Below are positions 59,724 to 64,000 of a DNA stretch of 64,000 bases, one piece after another (within the stretch, counting starts at the first letter, position 1; each line of letters opens with the position of its first letter). Source of the DNA: Zygnema circumcarinatum SAG 698-1b (Eukaryota > Plantae > Zygnematophyceae). The notes beneath the pieces were generated by a model, which ran no database searches, was not told where the DNA came from, and saw only the letters and a program-made list of their open reading frames with translations. The stretch spans positions 1,912,689 through 1,976,688 of the forward strand of contig CM074809.1 in NCBI GenBank assembly GCA_037447605.1, in the 5' to 3' direction. A program made the position numbers and the translations under genes.

Positions 59724-62700
59724 ATGGCCGAGGCTGCGGAGAGCCCGAGTGTGACGGAGCTTCTTGCAGGCCTCTCCCTTGCTTCTTCAGATGAAGGTTG
59801 CAGAGTAGGGCTGGTGTACGACGCGCGTATGATGGCGCACGAGGACCCGGGAGGGGACCATCCCGAGCAGCCTGCTCGGCTGAGCAGCATACACGACCGC
59901 CTGCTGTCTCTCGGCCTTGCTGCCAGGTGGCATACACATGCATGGCCTCCTTGCGCTGAGAAAAGGAGGCATCATGCCTCCGGTGTGCTGCTGATGTCCA
60001 TCCGGCGCCTCCTGCTTCTGCAGATGCATTCCCGTGAAAGCACGCGAGGCAACGGATGAAGAGCTTGAGGGAGTGCATACACCGCAGCATGTGGCGCTCA
60101 TGCGTTCTGTTAGCTCGAAGCTGAACTCCATGGAACGAAACGAGCTTGCACGTGGCCTTAATTCCATATACTTCAATGAAGGATCATCGATGTCGGCGTT
60201 GCTAGCGGCAGGTTCTTTGGTGGAGGTGACGCTCAGGCTTTTGCTATAGAAATTGACCCCACACCCTATGTTTGCAAGCGTGTCATTTCACAATGTACTG
60301 TACCCTGAAACAAACCTAAGCGACATGCATGCGTTTCAAGAACAAGCTCATGCTTTTCAAAACGTACGTCACTCAAGCAGTATAATGTCTTTGGCTGTTT
60401 TAAAGTGAAATTCTGGTTGAATTCGTTGTTCTGGTGGCCAACCAGAGTGCAGATGTTATAGTCCCTCTCCTTGTTTTTTCCCTTATTTCACCTCTGCCAC
60501 AATGCTTCTTCCTAAGAGAAATATACGACGGACTGATGAGTGCAATGTGTTCTGCTCATTGACCTTGTGTGACCAGCTGGCAGTGAATGTAGCGAGTGGG
60601 AAGCTCTCGGCAGGTGCGGCGGTCATTCGGCCTCCCGGACATCATGCGGAGGCTCATAAAGCCATGGGATTCTGCTTATTCAACAATGTGGCGGTGGCAG
60701 CCCATGTGCTGCTGCATCAGCAGGTTTGTACGCTATGGCCCACTTTATGTCAAAGACATGAATTGGAAGTGGATCTTTTTTTACCATCACTTAAAGCATT
60801 CAAACAAGCTCGCGAACAAACCGTTGGACTGGTGGTTCATAAACACTAATATTTAGGAGTCACTGTTTATCGGTCCAAAATAGTATAATTGAAGGTTACT
60901 ACTACTTGTATGCGGTGATAATTGTAACAAAACGGTATACATGGGTGTATGACCTAGTATCTACATCCGCGGTTGCCTTGTGGGTACCCGAATGCCTTGC
61001 GTTCGGACCCTCGTTACATAGTAGCGGTGGTGGAAAGTGGAGAGTAGAGAATGGAAACATTGAAAACAAGGCAAGCAAGTATTCTGGAGAAAGAAGTAAA
61101 AGAAGTAACTTTTGAGACTGTTGAACAGTAGTTGGAATTCTCAAAAGAACACGTGGAAGTAATTCAACGATGCACTTCTTTGAATGTGGGTGTATGGGTA
61201 GGGCAGACATCTCTGGGAATCAAACGTCTCCTAATCGTGGACTGGGATGTTCATCATGGTAACGGCATTCAAAACATGTTTTGGGAGGATCCACAAGTCC
61301 TTTACTTCAGCGTGCACAGGTGCTATTCTGTTCGCAAAGTTGCAACCTTAACAAAAGGTCTATGTTTGAACAGCCTTCAAAACAAATGTTGGGTTGCAGC
61401 AATCTAAAGTCACACGTCCCTTGGCTGTTTTTTTGGAAGCTTTCTAATTGCAGTGTTTAAGTTTAAGTCTGCTAGTTGGACAGAAAGATATGAATTGTAT
61501 TGTTGTACCTCTTCCAATTGCAATCAATATCGATTGTAGCAGGAGCCAGCCAACAAGCGCATTTGGAAGTTGCTTGACATACTGTCAAGCACACATAAAG
61601 TAGAGGATATTAGCTTCGCCGTCAGGTTGCATGACACGATGTATAGGAACTATTTTCGTGTGTAGCTACTAAGATATCAAGTCTTGAAGCTGTTTGAAAT
61701 TTTAAGTCATCTTATATGGAAGCCAGGAAGCGTGTGTGGGTGGATGATTCCTGACAGGACTATTCCATTGGCGGGGCAGGTATAACGATGGTTTCTTTTA
61801 CCCTGGAGGTCCTGATGGGGACTATGATCAGGTTGGCGGGGGCAAAGGTGTGGGTTTCAACATCAATGTGCCGTGGCCAGGTGGAGGCTTTGGCGATGCC
61901 GATTATCTGACTGCGTGGGACAATCTGCTGCTGCCAGTCGCGCGCGAATTCAACCCTGACCTTGTACTTGTTTCAGCTGGATTTGATTCAGGTCCGTACC
62001 GCGGTCCAAGAGAGTACTCGCATGGGAAGTTACTGAAACGCTCAAAGGAGTTTTTGCAGATTACAATGAATGCTGACTTCTCACAGTACATGGGAATGTA
62101 GATCGAGATTGGTTGCGTCTTGGCACTCACATTTTGAATGAACACTACATTGGCAGAAGAATGTTCTTTCCGTTTTACACCTGCATTTGTCCGCTTCTTT
62201 GCAAGCTTTAGCGGGAGATCCCTATCATACCTCACTATTTATTCTGGCTATTTTAGAAACTACTCTAGAACAGTCGAAGCTGGAACCACCGGGGAGAAAC
62301 TCTAGAGTTCTTTTCTCAACTTGTTTTCTTCAATGCTCTACTGTCATATTAATGAATATGCAATGTATGCCTTGTTTTATTAGATAATAAAACATTAACT
62401 GCAGAGCAATTGAAAATAGTGGCCCGGGAATACTTCAAGAAAAAAGTCAACTGCCTACAAAAAATGAACACTTTGTTTGAAATTGTTGCAGAGACTGAAA
62501 CTTATGCAGGCCTTTCTGGAAGATGTTAAGCTCTGACTGATAACTGTGTTGGGACAGCCATGGGAGACCCTCTAGGTGGCTGTTGCCTCTCACCGTTCGG
62601 CTATTCCCAGATGACGAACAAGGTGGGTGTGCTTCTCCTCCAACCCGAGCTCCTATGTCCATTCCAGCCTCATATCCGGCAGACATTGAGATCTGATGAA

Positions 62701-64000
62701 AAGGTCCTTCGTGTGACTATTGATAGTCGACCTGTTGCCAACCTGACCGGACATTGTACAGATAGTGGAGTAGGAAAGCTAGTCATGGGTAAGATAAGGA
62801 AAGACGACAACAGGCAGGCTTTCTAACCGGCTTTGTATGAGGGCCCTGCAGCTGAAGGAGCTTGCAGGAGGTCGTGTAGTTGTGGCTTTGGAGGGTGGTT
62901 ACAACCTAAAGGCCATTGCAGCTTCATATGCAGCATGTGTCGCAGCACTATTGGGCGACGCACCACTCACGAAGTGGCCACCGCTCACTCCGCGGAAAGC
63001 TAGCCCTTCTGCACTCGAAGTTATCAGTCAGGCAAGACTTCTTTATGCTCAGATTTATCAGCGAAAATACCCTGAGTAGGCTATATTTGAGTAGTGCAAG
63101 TGGGCCTCTAGCAAGCCAATGTCAAGTGTTCTCAAAATCCTGGTTTTTTCTTCAACGTAAGACGGGAACAATGTTTGAAGTCAATTCACTTCCATTCAGA
63201 CAGCGTCCACCAAAGTGGCAGACAGGAAACCTTCAAGCTGGAAACTTGACTTGAAGTTGTTGTCGATGCAGGCCCGGAAAGCGCTTGCACCCTTCTGGCA
63301 TGGTTTGAGGGCAAAAACTGACGGAAACATGGATTTTCACCTTGTTGGGCAGCTACCTAAGGTATGTCAGCGCTGATTTTGTTTTTGAGATTGAAAGGTA
63401 ATCCTTGTTTAAGCTTGTCAAATTATTTTTACAACATTTTACTAAATTTGAAGGTATGAAGCGTGTGAAGCATGATATTGTCTTAGTAAAACTGTTGTTC
63501 ACAGGATGCAGATCGCTAGACGGTTCCTTCACGGTGTTGAGGAATAGATTAGAAGCGAGTGGTTAAGTGCGTGAGATACGACAAACATGCGGAATTCATC
63601 TTGGAGGTAGAGGAAGGCTGAAGGAGATTAATGTTGAAACAGGTGGCTGCTGCAGAGGGGCCGGAAGTCTATGAGCTCACCAATCAGTGAGACTAATGGA
63701 GGGCAGCTTGAACATGGAATACCACCTAAACTGGGAGATGTCATGTTAGCCTCTGCCGTGGAGGGAGATGGCTCTAACCCCCATCCGGACTCTCACTCTC
63801 CAATTAAGGATGTTGTCACTCCAGAAGAGGCGGAGTCGATGAATGCAACTCATGTATGGTATGCGAGTTATGGCTCCAACATGCTGAAGGAACGTTTTCT
63901 ATGTTACATCTTGGGTGGCCGCGTTGATGGCATGGCTTACCCCTGTGAGGGCTGCCGAGATCGTTCTCTTCCATTGGACGATCAATGGGTGGAAGTTCCT
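59724..64000 (+). CDS. HDA5: Class II histone deacetylase HDA5-like, truncated by the window end
   Basis: [20 protein letters not shown]; [21 protein letters not shown]; [12 protein letters not shown]; [13 protein letters not shown]; LEGGYNL. The plant HDA5 C-terminal domain begins [10 protein letters not shown] at 63851. Confidence 0.93.

Noticed and set aside
1-64000. tRNA, rRNA, snRNA and C/D snoRNA search by eye
   Set aside because: No T-loop GGTTCRANYC in a cloverleaf context and no properly paired C and D boxes were found; a covariance-model scan would be needed to exclude them.

Overview
Eukaryotic, intron-rich nuclear DNA, most likely from a non-seed streptophyte (charophyte alga or bryophyte-grade). 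This is inferred from the NLP/DA1/RUS4/TOC34/HDA5 gene set, GC-rich exons, short-to-medium introns and TTTAGGG-type motifs; the species cannot be fixed from sequence alone. Eleven spliced genes can be reconstructed by hand: TLDc protein (-), MDP1 phosphatase (+), DUF167 (-), TFIIF beta (+), AIR-like multi-zinc-knuckle protein (-), mitochondrial CoA carrier (+), NIN-like protein (+), DA1 peptidase (-), RUS4 (+), TOC34 (-) and HDA5 (+, runs off the window). Ten of the eleven sit in five head-to-head pairs whose promoters carry telomere-like motifs. Accessory DNA comprises four foldback MULE-like MITEs, two of them inserted side by side at one 9-bp target; a three-level nested insertion (pogo-like MITE > related MITE > degenerate Ty3/gypsy element) splitting the DA1/RUS4 intergenic region; a 1.4-kb hierarchical 5/25/75-bp satellite; and a candidate 75-aa orphan membrane/secreted peptide gene. 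No tRNA, rRNA or CRISPR array was seen. All protein assignments come from motif recognition and recalled family sequences, not database searches.
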